A DNA stretch of 64,000 nt, taken from NCBI GenBank assembly GCA_043228905.1, contig JBHGNT010000014.1:13640001-13704000 (forward strand), in the 5' to 3' direction. The position numbers and the translations under genes were made by a program. This stretch comes from Azolla caroliniana (taxonomy: Eukaryota > Plantae > Polypodiophyta). The notes below the pieces were generated by a model. The model was not told the origin of the DNA and did not search any database. It saw only the letters and a list, made by a program, of their open reading frames with translations. Every line of letters begins with the position of its first letter. The first letter of the stretch is position 1. Positions 52,528 through 64,000 of this stretch are shown here, piece after piece.

Positions 52528-55500
52528 TGTTGAGAATATGTCCCTCTAGTGGGAGGAGCTGATTGTTTGGACCAAGAAGTGCTGACAGTTGAAGATTAAA
52601 GAGTCGATTGCGAGAAAGTTGACTTTGAGAGTCGACTGAGTGAGTCGATAGAAAGGAGATCCAGGTCAAAGACACGACCAACTAGTTGGGCCGACCGGAT
52701 GGTCGATGACCAGGCCGACAAGTCGAACCGACTGAACAGTCGACACAAGAGTTGGTTGATGGCTACTTATTATTATAGATAATAATAGTAGTGATGTGTA
52801 GTAGGGGCTACATTTGTAAATAGCCAATACTGTGTATTTGTATAAATACACCTAGGGCAAACAATGTATAATAGAGGAAGAGTAGATAACAGAATAGTGT
52901 GAGTGTTGTCGAGCGAGAAGAGAGACGACAGAGGAGAGTGAGCGGTGCCATAGTTGTGTTCAGTAACAGCATACGCCAAGAGCCCTGCTAGGCTGTTTAC
53001 ACTCTGTGTAGAGAGTGTTGTACTCTGATCTCGTCATTGTATATCCACTATATAGTGAAGCTCCATTCTCCGTGGTTTTCTCCCGTTTTGGGGTTTCCAT
53101 GTTAAATATGTGTACACTATTTTCTTTGTTTCAGAGTTGTGTATTTTAATGTATCCCTCCCTCCCTTATTTTCATGTGGATTGACGATTCGTTTCCCAAC
53201 AAATTGGTATCAGAGCTTGAGGTGCAAGCATGGAAGCAGGTGTGCATGGCTTCCTAGGAACGATAGTTTTAAACTCTCAGAACTAAGCAAACTGGAAGAT
53301 AAAGATGGAGGACCTTCTCATAGTCAAACAACTTTATGAGCCGATCGACAGAGCAGAAATACCCACGGGGGTATTAGAGTTGGAATGGAACTTAAACAAA
53401 AAGGTGGTGGCGACCATTTGACAATGCTTCGATGTAAGTGTCCTTCAGCATGTGGCGAACGACACAAATGCCCACGAGATGTGGCAGAAGCTGTCAGGTC
53501 TATATGAGAGGAAGAACGCCCTCAATAAAACCTCAATGATGAGAAAGATCGTACGACTGAAATACAGAGACGGTGAGAGCATCGTCGAACAGATCAGCAC
53601 ATTCATGGGGTATGTGAATCAACTTGCCGCAACCAAGTTTCCCCTTGATGATGTGATGCAGGCCGTCCTACTGATGTGCACATAGCCGGATAGCTGGGAG
53701 AACCCGGTGGTTACTCTCAACACCTCTTGTCAAGAAGAGAACTTGTCTTTACAAGCGGTGAAGACAAGCATCCCGAATGAGGAAGCGAGAAGGAAGGACA
53801 AGGGTGTCCTAGTCAAATTTGACTCAACATATCAGTAGAGGAAGGAACCGGAAAAGGAGTCCACCAAGGAGAGAGAAGTCTCAAGCCAGGTCAAAGTCCA
53901 GAGGAAAGCTCGTGTGCTTTTATTGTGGAAAGCCTCGACATTTCTAGAAGGACTAGCGACACCTTAAAAGGGAAAAGAGTGTTAGTAATAATGTCGAACG
54001 AAGGAAGATTCCTGATGAAAAGAACACTTCAGCCATTGCTACGAGCAATGAAAAACTTCTGTTCATTTGTGAACAGTCAAGTGCAAATCTTGAAAGCAAA
54101 GAATGCACTTGGGTGATCGACTTCGGTGCATCCTTCCACATAACTCCGTCAAGAGAGTATTTCTCAACTTACATAGCCAGTGATCATGGTTATGTAAAGA
54201 TGGGTGACAATGGGGAGTGCAAGATAGTTGGAATCGAAAGTGTCTACATGACGACGTCGACTAGGTGTCGACTGACTCTAAAGGATGTTCGACATGTCCC
54301 TGATATCATATTGAATTTGATATCGACTGGAAGACTGGACAACGAAGGCTACAATGGTAGTTTTCGGAATGGCAAGTGGAAGTTTTGTTGAGGAAATCTT
54401 ATAGTGGCCCGAGCACAGAAGGAAGACACATTGTATATGATGCAAGCCCGATTGTGCAAGTAAGAAGTGAATGTGGCAGCCAACTCGACAGGACAGATAT
54501 AGCATAAGAGGCTAGGCCACATGAGTGAGAAGGGTCTACATCTGTTAACCGACCAGAAACTTCTACTAGAGGTAAAGGGAGTGCACCTGGAGAAGTGCGT
54601 CGACTGCTTCGTTGGAAAGCAGAATAGAGTAGCATTGCACACAAGACCACCGAGAAGAAGAGAAGTGCCATTGGAACTAGTACACACGGATGTGTGTTAT
54701 GTAGATGCTCCATAACATCGAGGTGGATAGTACTTTGTAACGTATATTGACGACTATATTTGGAAGACATGGGCCTATGTACTAAGGTCGAAGGATCAAG
54801 TATTGTCATTTTTCAAGGAGTTCCAAGCAAGAGCTGAACAGGAGTCATGCCGGAAGTTAAAGGTTGTCCGAACCGACAATGGTGGCGAATATAAAGTGCA
54901 GTTCAAGGAATACTACAAGGCCCAAGGTATTCGAATTGAATACACAATACCGAAGACCCCTGAGTTGAACAGGCTTGCAGAGAGGATGAACTGGACAATC
55001 ATGGAGAGAGTAGGGAGCATGTTGTCACATGCTAAAATGGTGAAAATGTACTGGGTTGAGGCGATGTACACAACTATTTATCTGATCAACAAGTCCCCCT
55101 CAGTACCGTTGAAAGGTGATGTCCCACAAAGGGTCTGGATAGGAAAGGATGTCTCCTACCGACACTTGAGGGTATTCGGATTCCTAGTGTATATGCATGT
55201 AGCTAAGGATCAGAAGTCAAAACTCGACAGTAAGTTGAAACCATGCATATTCATGGGATACTCAGAAGATGAGTTTGGCTATAGGCTATGGGACCTAGTC
55301 GACAAGAAGGTAGTGAGGAGTCGTGACATAGTCTTCTTAGAAGACAAGACCATAGAGACGTGGAAGCAACAAAAGTCGAAATTGACAAACCAGTCAACCT
55401 CCACTACTATCGACTTGAGGCCAAGTGAACTGACACAGTCGGTTGTTCGGAGATAACCAGTCGGCACAGCCAAATCCGAGTCAGTTGACTCGGAGAGACC

Positions 55501-57167
55501 GATCGACTATGAGTTTGAGTAGGTAGATTTGTTAAAGTCAATCAATGAATACAATTTGAGTCAGTGGACATCCATTAGAACTATTTGCTTCAGTTGTGAG
55601 GATGACATCCATTAGAACTATTCTGAGCATAGCTACAAGCATGGATCTGGAGATTGAACAGTTGGATGTCAAGACGACATTCTTGCATGGGGAGTTGGAT
55701 GAAGAGATCTACATGTAGCAACCCGAAGGCTTTGGGGAGAAAGGGAAAGAGAATCTGGTGTGTCGACTGAAGAAAAGCTTGTACGGTCTGAAACAAGCTC
55801 CACGACAATGGTACAAGAAGTTTGAATCATTCATGGTGGAACATGGGTTCCAGAAAACACAGGCGGATCATTGTGTGTTCATCAAAAGGTATGAAGAAGG
55901 TGATTTCTTCATTCTCTTATTATATGTAGACGGCATGTTGATAGTCGGTCAAGACACAAGGAAGATCGAAAGCTTGAAGGCTCTAGAAAGATCTTGGACT
56001 GGCTAAACAATTCTTGGGGATGCACATAGTTCGGGACAGAACGAAGAAAGTGTTGTGGTTGTCACAACAAAAGTATGTGACAAAGATCCTTGAAAGGTTC
56101 AACATGTTGGAGGCAAAGCCGGTCGGCTCAGTCTTGCCAACAAACTGCAAGTTGAATGTCATGCAATGCCCGAGAAGGGAGAAAGAAAAGGTTGAGATAA
56201 AGAAAGTACCATATGCCTCAGCCGTTGGCAACTTAATGTATGCTATGGTCTGTATGAGACCAGACATAGCATTTGTTGTGGGAACAATAAGCCGATACAT
56301 GAGTAATCCAGGACGAGAACACTGGGAAGCGGTGAAATGGATACTCAAGTTCTTAAAAGGCACCTCGGGTGTGTGTCTTAAGTATGGTTTCTGAAAACCC
56401 ATCCTCGAAGGGTTTACTGACTCGGACATGTTTGGGGATATAGACTCAAGCCGATCCACGTCTAGGTACGTCATCACCTCTGCACAGGGAGCAGTGTCGT
56501 GGTAGTCACGACTGCAGAAGTTTGTGGCCTTGTCAACCAAAAAGGCCGAGTACATGGCAACGGTAAAGGCCAGCAAGAAACTGATTTGGATGAGAAACTT
56601 TCTCAACCAGTTGGGGATGAAGCAAAGGGATTTCTTGCTTCATTGTGACAGCCAAAGTGCCATACATCTAACCAAGAATGTTGCATACCACTCCCGAACC
56701 AAGCACATACAGAGAAGGTATCACTAGTTGCGGCAGAAAGTCGAAGAAAGAGAGTTTACCCTCGTGAATATCCATACTGATGATAATGAATCCGACATGC
56801 TGACAAAGAACTTACCAATGGACTGACTCAGAGTCTGTCGACAGAGGACATGAATAGCGAACTCCTCCCCACAGGAGTGAAGGGGGAGTTTGTTGGGAAT
56901 ATGTCCCTCCAGTGGGAGGAGCCAACTGTTTGGACCAAGAAGTGCCAACAGTTGAAGATTAAAGAGTCGACTGCGAGAAAGTTGACTGGGTGAGTTGATA
57001 GAAAGGAGATCCAGGCCGATGACACGACCGACTAGTCGGGCCGATTGGATGGTCGATGACCAAGCCGACAAGTTGGACCGACTAGACAGTCGACACTAGA
57101 GTTGGCTGATGGCTACTTATTATTATAGATAATAATAGTAGTGATGTGTAATAGGGGCTACATTTGT
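52528..57167 (+). mobile_element. Degenerate Tnt1/Tork-like Copia element J
   Basis: 5' LTR 52528-53201, PBS 53205-53216, gag ATG 53230, pol with many stops and a deletion near 55560, PPT 56879-56890, truncated 3' LTR from 56891. Confidence 0.93.
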
Positions 57168-57800
57168 CCATTGGAACTGGAGCATCCATGGCATCGATCC
57201 GAGCCGTGTTTGAAAAACTAGGACCGGTTTACCAATTTCGAATGATTTCTCGAAGCCATTCCGATGGTGGTCAACGAAGGCTTTTCGTTTCCGCTGGCCA
57301 TGTTCTAATTGGGTCAGACTAGCAATCCGATGTTCTCCGAGTTCAAGTAATTGTTCGAGTCAGTTCTGCTCTGACTTAGATTCAGGAAGTCGTTCGGAGA
57401 TTTGCACTCGTAGACTCGGTACCTAGAATTCAATAGGCATGACCACTTCCATGCCAAAAGCTAGACGAAAAGGTGTGGACTTGATACTTGTTTTGAACGT
57501 CATACGATACGCCTAGAGTCCACTATGTAGCTTATCATCCCAATCAATTTGATTTTTGTTTATGATCTTCTTGAGGATGTTCTACAGTGTTTTATTTGTT
57601 GACTTGACTAGGCCATTGGCTTGCAGGTAGTACGGCGTGCTTTTCTTATGGACCACCACATAATGAGTTGTGAGTTCTCAGATAATTTTATTGAGGAAAT
57701 GGCCCCCTTGGTCGATGACGAGCTCAATCGGGCAACCAAAACGGCACCATAAGTATTTGTAAACAAATTTTGTTGTTGACATAGCCTATGGATGTTATTC
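57168..57800 (-). mobile_element. Gypsy (Athila/Tat-like) integrase fragment
   Basis: CRFGCPIELVIDQGGHF, KSTPYYLQANG, TPFRLAFGMEVVMPIEF. Confidence 0.8.
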
Positions 57801-58701
57801 ATGGGACAAAAGGCACAAGGTGTGAAAGGAATCTTAAAGAGATGAGTAGGTCAAGTATGAGAAAAGGGAATTGGCTCGAGCATTGGTACCCGAGGAAGGT
57901 AGAACGAAATACATGTAGCCGAGAATAAAGGCCATGAATTAGGCAGAAGTAGTTGAAGCGCGCCAAGGAGAGAATAGGCTATATAAATCGTGGAATAGCA
58001 GAAGGAAAAAAAGAGTGAATATATGCATATGTTATGATATAGAAGAGAGAGTGTGTGACTAATATAATCGGCATTTGTTGCCTTTTAATCAATTATATCC
58101 AGTAATCAATACACATCCTTTTTGGGTCACCTCTGTGTCAGTTTCATCTTAATCTGTACTTTCAATTTTGTTATTCCTAAGTCATAAGCGGAAAGCTAGT
58201 TGTGGCCAACTATTGTGTAACTGTTCGGTTCGGCCTACTCGGCCCTATCATAGTCCCCTACGCAACCACGATTCCTTGACCCGATTACTCAGGGGAGTAA
58301 TCGAAGGTGTTTCTCCAAGAAGGAGATAACACAATTTGGCACACCCGGTTCACGTTGTGAGGTCACAGCAAACAACATAGGAGGAAACCCCAGCCGCCAT
58401 TATGGCACCCACATGTAGCACGTGATCTCAGTTACCATCCCGCCACACCGAACCAGCCGAGGGCACTTCCGACTCCACGCTCACGCAACATTCGTCGTTG
58501 GAGCCATTTTTTTATTACAACAATGATAATTTCTTAGAATTTAAAAATGAACTATGAACCCTAAATTTCATGAACTACAAACCGTAACCTAAAATAGCAA
58601 GTATACTGGGGAGATCATGATGATGATGATGTAGAAAAGAATAGTAGTGAAGCTTCAGGGGGAAATCCTAAAAAATGCTAAAAAAAATTAGAAGTAGATT
58701 T

Positions 58702-59443
58702 TGTTGGGAAATAGGTCCCTCCGGATGGGAAGAAGAAGAAACCGTATGAGGAGTACTCGGCTACGGAGAGCCGGATGGTGCAGGCCCGGTATGAACCGGA
58801 TGAGGAGTACCCGGCTGCGGAGAGCCGGATGGTGCAGGCCCGGTATGAACCGGATGAGGAGTACCCGGCTACGGAGAGCCGGATGGTGCAGGCCCGGTAT
58901 GAACCGGATGAGGAGTACCTGGCTACGGAGAGCCGGATGGTACAGACCCGGTGAGAACCGGATGAAGAGACATATTCGTAAATATGTTTCTGAGAGCCCA
59001 TCGAGGCTACATTTGTAAATAGCCGAAAAGTCATATTAGTATAAATATGACTTAGGGCAAACTTTTAGTAACTGTTGTTGTTGTCAAAAAAAAATTTCTT
59101 TGTTGGTGCAAGAAGAAGAGAGAGCACGTAATAGTGTACAGAGAGAGAGAGAGAGAGAGAAAGAGGTTGTTGCCTCTGTTGTAACCGCCGCGTGTGGCGA
59201 AGATCTGTGAGCACGAGGTCGTTGCCTCAGTGAACTCACTGTTGTACATTCTCACATAGTGACAGTTTGCAGCCTGTGGGCTGCCGTGGTTTTTCCCCTA
59301 GTTTGGGGTTTTCCACGTAAACCTCCTGTGTATTATTATTTTTCCTCTCCACTGTGTCGTGCATTTGTTTCCCGTTTTCTACGTATGAAAAGAAGCTCGG
59401 TTGTGGCCGAGCGTTGGACATAAGGAGCCTTGAGTTCCCGTCA
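58702..59443 (+). mobile_element. Solo LTR of the B/K Copia family with 4 x 54-bp internal repeats
   Basis: TGTTGG...GTCA ends; TSD GATTT on both sides; homologous to 60770-61457. Confidence 0.93.
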
Positions 59444-60084
59444 GATTTTCCATCTAGATCTTGTGGCAAGGAGCATCGAGGAATTTTCGGTTTGTAAATC
59501 AGAGTTTAGAACCCCAAGATACAGCCTCCGAAAGGATCAATGTTACCTTCAAGATCACTTAGGACACAAATGTAATTATATCAAAAGGGGGAGTTCAAAA
59601 TTAAATGAGGATGATTTTGTAATTTCTTCAATGTAAAAGTATAAAATAGAATTTGTAAAAAAATAATCATAATAATAATAAATGGAAAAAATAAATATAA
59701 AAAAATAAAGAAACAACCGCCCATGCATGAGGCAGTTTGTCGACCGCCTCAAGGAGGGTGGCTGGGCGGTTGACCCCCTATAAAAGCCACTCCCATGGTG
59801 GTTAAAAGGGGGAGGAGAGAGGGAGAGAAGAGGAAGAAGAGGAAGCGAGTGAAGAAGCTCACGAGGGTGAAGGATGCAAAGGTCACTCAAGAAGATGGTG
59901 GTCTGCTGAACATAAGACAAAATTTGAAGAAAAGAAGGGGCGGAGAAGTTGAATTGGTCCATCTCAAATACCTCTTTGCAAATAGAGGTCTTGAGTTCAA
60001 GTCCTCCCAAAATAACTTGTTTTGGTAAACAAGTTTTGTAAGATAAATTTAGTAAATATAAAGAAAAAGAAAGTTTGCTCTAGT

Positions 60085-60769
60085 CGCCATGCTTACCTCT
60101 AACCGTAGTTGATTCCACAAGAATTTGGTAATTCTATCCCAAATCCCTCTCACCAAATTCATGTAACCAGCTCCTGGCAATGAGTCGTCCGCGTAACGCA
60201 CATATTTCACTTGAATGGATTTGGGGTCTTTGAACGGAGAGATGCTTGCCTTTCTAGCCGCCCTCTTGTCCATAACTGTGATCGATATTCCATGGAAGGG
60301 AGGGAGTTTCATAATATGCTAATTGGCTTCAAAACAGGGATATGCTCTATTCCTTCTAACATGGAGTTTACAGATCTTGGTAGTGCCATACTGTCTAACC
60401 AATGAATCAATGAACACTTCTAGCTTGTAGAGGTTCATATTACATAGAGGGGGCGAAATGATACTACTCCCTTACGGTACTCCTTCATTTAGGTTATGCC
60501 TTCCTCGCTCACCCTCCATTAGACTTGCCTTAGAAAGACGGTCTAACATAAGCATGAATCCATGATCTTCCATCCTTCGTTCAATCGAAGACTAAGGGAT
60601 GTTCTGATCAATGGAATTGTAACCTTTCTCGATGTCAAGCTCTAACAACCAAGAGATGTGTGACCATTTTTTCGTTATGAACTCCAGTCCCATATGACAC
60701 CCTCTATTCGGCCCAAAACCATGCGAGTAATCTAGAAAGGTACTACTTTTTTCATACACGCCTTCTAGA
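60085..60769 (-). pseudogene. Group II intron maturase/RT fragment, probably a NUMT, cut by Copia K
   Basis: One frame: SHGFGPNRGCH, WLLELDIEKGYNSID, GVP*GS..ISP, YVRYADD. Confidence 0.88.
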
Positions 60770-63700
60770 TGTTGGTAGACAGGTCCCTCCGGATGGGAAG
60801 GGAGAAGAACAGTACCGACGAACAAACTCGGCCGAGGCCGACAGGCCGAGGCCGAAACGGTATGAACCGGATGGGGAGAACCCGACTTCGGAGAGTCGGA
60901 TGGTGTAGGCCCGGTATGAACCGGATGAGGAGAACCCGACTTCGGAGAGTCGGATGGTGTAGGCCCGGTATGAACCGGATGAGGAGTACCCAACTGCGGA
61001 GAGTCGGATGGAGCCCATCGAGGCTACATTTGTAAATAGCCGAAAAGTCATATTAGTATAAATATGACTTAGGGCAAACTTTTAGTTATGTAGTTGTCAT
61101 TCTTGTTATTATTATTCTTCCTTGTTGGTGCAAGAAGAAACCAGAGCGGTAACTGTACAGAGAGAGAGAGAGAGAGAGACGAGGTCGTAGCCTCTGTTGT
61201 AACCGCCGCCTGTGGCGAAGAGAGTGAGAACACGAGGTCGTTGCCTCAGTGATCTCACTGTTGTATATTTCTGCATAGTGACAGTTTGCAGCTTGTGGGC
61301 TGCCGTGGTTTTTCCCCTATTTTGGGGTTTTCCACGTATACCTCCTGTGCACCATTTCTCCTCTTTTGTGTCGCGTTTTATTACCTGTTTTTCTGTGTGT
61401 GAAAAGTTTCTCGGTTGTGGCCGAGCGTCGGACATAAAGAACGTCGAGTTCCCAACAAGTGGTATCAGAGCGAAAACGACACAGAAAAATGGACGAATCG
61501 TTTGGCGGCATGTTCAAGCTCACCGGCTCCAACTATTCAGTGTGGAAGTCGAAGATGAGGGACATGCTCGTGGTTAAAGATCTCTGGCTGCCGGTTCAGT
61601 TCGGGGACAAGAGACCGGACAAAATCGACGCTGCGATATGGGAGGTGATGCACATGAAGACAACGGCGTACATACGGTGCTTCATCGACATGAGCCTGTA
61701 CAACAACTTCAATGAAGAGAGCAAGGCTCATGAACTCTGGGAGAAGATCGGCATGATGTTCCAGAACAAAAATGCTGTCAATCAGGCGTCGGTATTCCGG
61801 AAGCTTGTAAGACTCCGGTACCAAGATGGCTCCAGCATGGCGGAGCATATGAATGCCTTCCAGGGGCTGATTCACCAGGCAACGTCATTGGAAGTACCTC
61901 TTGCCGATGAGGTCCTAGCACTACTCCTGCTCAGTTCCCTCCCGGATAGCTGGGAGACGTTGGTTGTTACCTTGGGCAACGCCGGGCTAGAAGGAAAACG
62001 GCTATCCCTAGCAAGAGTAAAGTCGAGCTTGCTAGATGAGGAGGCTCGTCGGAAAGACAAAGATACGAGCTCCGACTCCAGAGCGCTCCTTACCGAATCG
62101 GAACGCGGAAGACATAGAAACCGTAGTCCCCAGAACCGGGAGAAGTCGGGGACACGATCAAAGTCAAGGGGGAGGCCTACTTGCTTCTATTGCGGCAAGC
62201 CGGGACACTTCCAAAAGAACTGTCGGCATTTCCGTAAAGACAAGGAAACCGACGGTACCGATTCGAAGCAAACCCCGAACCGAAACGGTACAGACCGGAA
62301 CGGTAAAGACCGGAGGGGGCCGGACCGGAAGGGAACGACGGCAATTGCGGCAAGTGAAGAGGAGTTGATGCTCATCACCGAGGAGAGTGAGATAAACCAT
62401 GCCGGCGATGAGATGACCTGGGTGGTAGATTCCGGAGCGTCGTTCCACCTTACCCCGGACCGGAAATGCTTCTCATCCTACTCAGCCGGTGATCACGGCT
62501 GTGTCCGGATGGGGAATGAAGGAACATGCCGAATTGTCGGCATAGGAGACGTGTGGCTGACAACACCAACCGGATGCAAGTTGCTGTTGAAAGATGTCCG
62601 ACACGTTCCGGAAGTTCGTCTGAACCTGATATCAGCCGGTCGGCTAGATGATGAAGGCTACACGGGTAGCATCCGGAACGGTGTCATGAAGTTCAGCAAA
62701 GGGAGCCTGATCGTGGCTCGGGCCCGGAAGGTAAACACACTGTACCTGATGAATGCCCGGTTATGTCCGGAAGAAGTGAACGTGGCTTCCGACACTGCCG
62801 GTGAGCTGTGGCACAAGAGGCTATGTCACATGAGTGAGAAGGGGATGAAGAGGCTTGGAGACGACAACCTCATTCCAGTGAAGAACGTGCACTTAGAGAA
62901 GTGCACTGATTGTCTGGCCGGTAAGCAGAACCGGACCTCCTTCCGACCAAGGCCACCGATGAGACGTAATGCACCACTGGAGTTGGTGCATACGGATGTT
63001 TGTCAAGTAGACACGAAGCCACATGCCGGAGCGCAGTACTTCGTGACGTTCATAGATGACCACAGCCGGAAGCTGTGGGCCACACCACTAAAGACGAAGG
63101 ATCAGGTGTTATCCGTCTTCAAAGAGCTCCACGCGAGAGTGGAAAGAAAAACCGGCCGGAAGCTGAAGGCGGTTCGAGCAGATAACGGAGGTGAGTACCG
63201 GGGGCAGTTCGAGGAGTACTGCCGCTCGAAGGGAATCCGGCTCGAATTTACCGTGCCGAAGACGCTGGAGCTAAACGGACTGGCCGAGAGGATGAACCGG
63301 ACCATAATGGAGAGGGTCCGGAGTATGCTAGCGCATGCAAAACTACCCAAGAAGTTTTGGGCTGAGGCACTGTCGACGGCGACATATGTGATAAACAGAT
63401 CACCCTCAGTACCCCTGGACGGAGACACGCCACAGAGAGTATGGACCGGTAAGGAAGTGTCCTACCGGCATCTAAGGGTGTTCGGGTGTCTCACGTACGT
63501 GCATGTAGCAAAGGACCGGAGAGGAAAGCTAGATCCAAAGACCCGGCCATGCATATTCCTCGGTTACGGTGACGATGAGTTCGGCTACCGAGTGTGGGAC
63601 CCGGTCGACAAGAAGGTATTCCGGAGTCGAGATATTATCTTCATGGAGGACAAGACGCTCGCCGACTGGGAGTCGGAGAAGAAGATAGTGAACTCTGAGT

Positions 63701-64000
63701 CGACCGGTAAGGATAGACTCTACAATGAGCAGACCCAACCGGCAAGAGACCGGTTAGCACTCGAGGAACCAGCCGGTTACGGTGAGGATACCGAACCGGC
63801 AGAAGAAGAAGTAGAGGAAGCTGAGACCGGAACCGATCAAGATCCCGAATCGGATTCGGATGAAGAGCAAATGGAGGAACCGATTACCGAAGCCCGAAGA
63901 CGTAGATATCCTCTCAGAGAGAGAAGGGCGCCCCGGAGATTTCCGGATGCAGAGCATGTCCTGCTAACCGATGAGGGGGAGCCGGAAAGCTTCGAAGAAG
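60770..64000 (+). mobile_element. Copia element K (5' LTR 60770-61457, Met-i PBS 61460-61471), runs off the window
   Basis: TG..CA LTR, TGGTATCAGAGC, pol closely similar to B. Confidence 0.96.
61489..64000 (+). CDS. Copia gag-pol polyprotein, apparently open to the window end (partial)
   Basis: MDESFGGMFKLTGSNYSVWKSKM...CFYCGKPGHFQKNC...WVVDSGAS...LLTDEGEPESFEE; start and end are in the same frame. Confidence 0.88.
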   Translation, partial: MDESFGGMFKLTGSNYSVWKSKMRDMLVVKDLWLPVQFGDKRPDKIDAAIWEVMHMKTTAYIRCFIDMSLYNNFNEESKAHELWEKIGMMFQNKNAVNQASVFRKLVRLRYQDGSSMAEHMNAFQGLIHQATSLEVPLADEVLALLLLSSLPDSWETLVVTLGNAGLEGKRLSLARVKSSLLDEEARRKDKDTSSDSRALLTESERGRHRNRSPQNREKSGTRSKSRGRPTCFYCGKPGHFQKNCRHFRKDKETDGTDSKQTPNRNGTDRNGKDRRGPDRKGTTAIAASEEELMLITEESEINHAGDEMTWVVDSGASFHLTPDRKCFSSYSAGDHGCVRMGNEGTCRIVGIGDVWLTTPTGCKLLLKDVRHVPEVRLNLISAGRLDDEGYTGSIRNGVMKFSKGSLIVARARKVNTLYLMNARLCPEEVNVASDTAGELWHKRLCHMSEKGMKRLGDDNLIPVKNVHLEKCTDCLAGKQNRTSFRPRPPMRRNAPLELVHTDVCQVDTKPHAGAQYFVTFIDDHSRKLWATPLKTKDQVLSVFKELHARVERKTGRKLKAVRADNGGEYRGQFEEYCRSKGIRLEFTVPKTLELNGLAERMNRTIMERVRSMLAHAKLPKKFWAEALSTATYVINRSPSVPLDGDTPQRVWTGKEVSYRHLRVFGCLTYVHVAKDRRGKLDPKTRPCIFLGYGDDEFGYRVWDPVDKKVFRSRDIIFMEDKTLADWESEKKIVNSESTGKDRLYNEQTQPARDRLALEEPAGYGEDTEPAEEEVEEAETGTDQDPESDSDEEQMEEPITEARRRRYPLRERRAPRRFPDAEHVLLTDEGEPESFEE

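Noticed and set aside
59576-59600. ATCAAAAGGGGGAG as a SIRE-type PPT
   Set aside because: Not followed by a TG-starting LTR, and no coding remnant seen
60085-60769. Calling the maturase matR
   Set aside because: The SHGF.PNRGCH and GVPQG-type motifs fit generic intron RTs better; the source intron cannot be named without a search

Overview
Nuclear DNA of a land plant, probably seed-free (fern, lycophyte or hornwort-like; inferred from Tcn1-type chromoviruses and organellar inserts that look pre-edited in both directions). There is one intact host gene, an 8-exon, 492-aa catalase (14745-18081,+). Almost everything else is transposon-derived. The centre (20.5-51 kb) is a five-level nest supported by target-site duplications (TSDs). 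From outside in: a Copia LTR, a three-LTR tandem Copia, a tRNA-Trp-primed Gypsy with 4-bp TSDs, a young Tnt1-like Copia, and a hAT MITE that is that Copia's only frame lesion. The same Gypsy also holds a second Trp-Gypsy and a chromovirus whose LTRs carry a heat-shock-element array next to the TATA box and a tRNA-like A/B-box module. Other contents: a 2.1-kb mosaic mitochondrial insert (nad7 intron end plus exon 2, half of trnR-UCU), a group II maturase fragment, a short rpoB fragment, a (TTTAGGG)3 patch, a solo LTR, and two Copia copies with closely related pol but discordant gag. I found no novel protein-coding system. The best candidates for undescribed biology are the chromovirus LTR architecture and the atypical Trp-primed Gypsy lineage. 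All coordinates and identities were read by eye.
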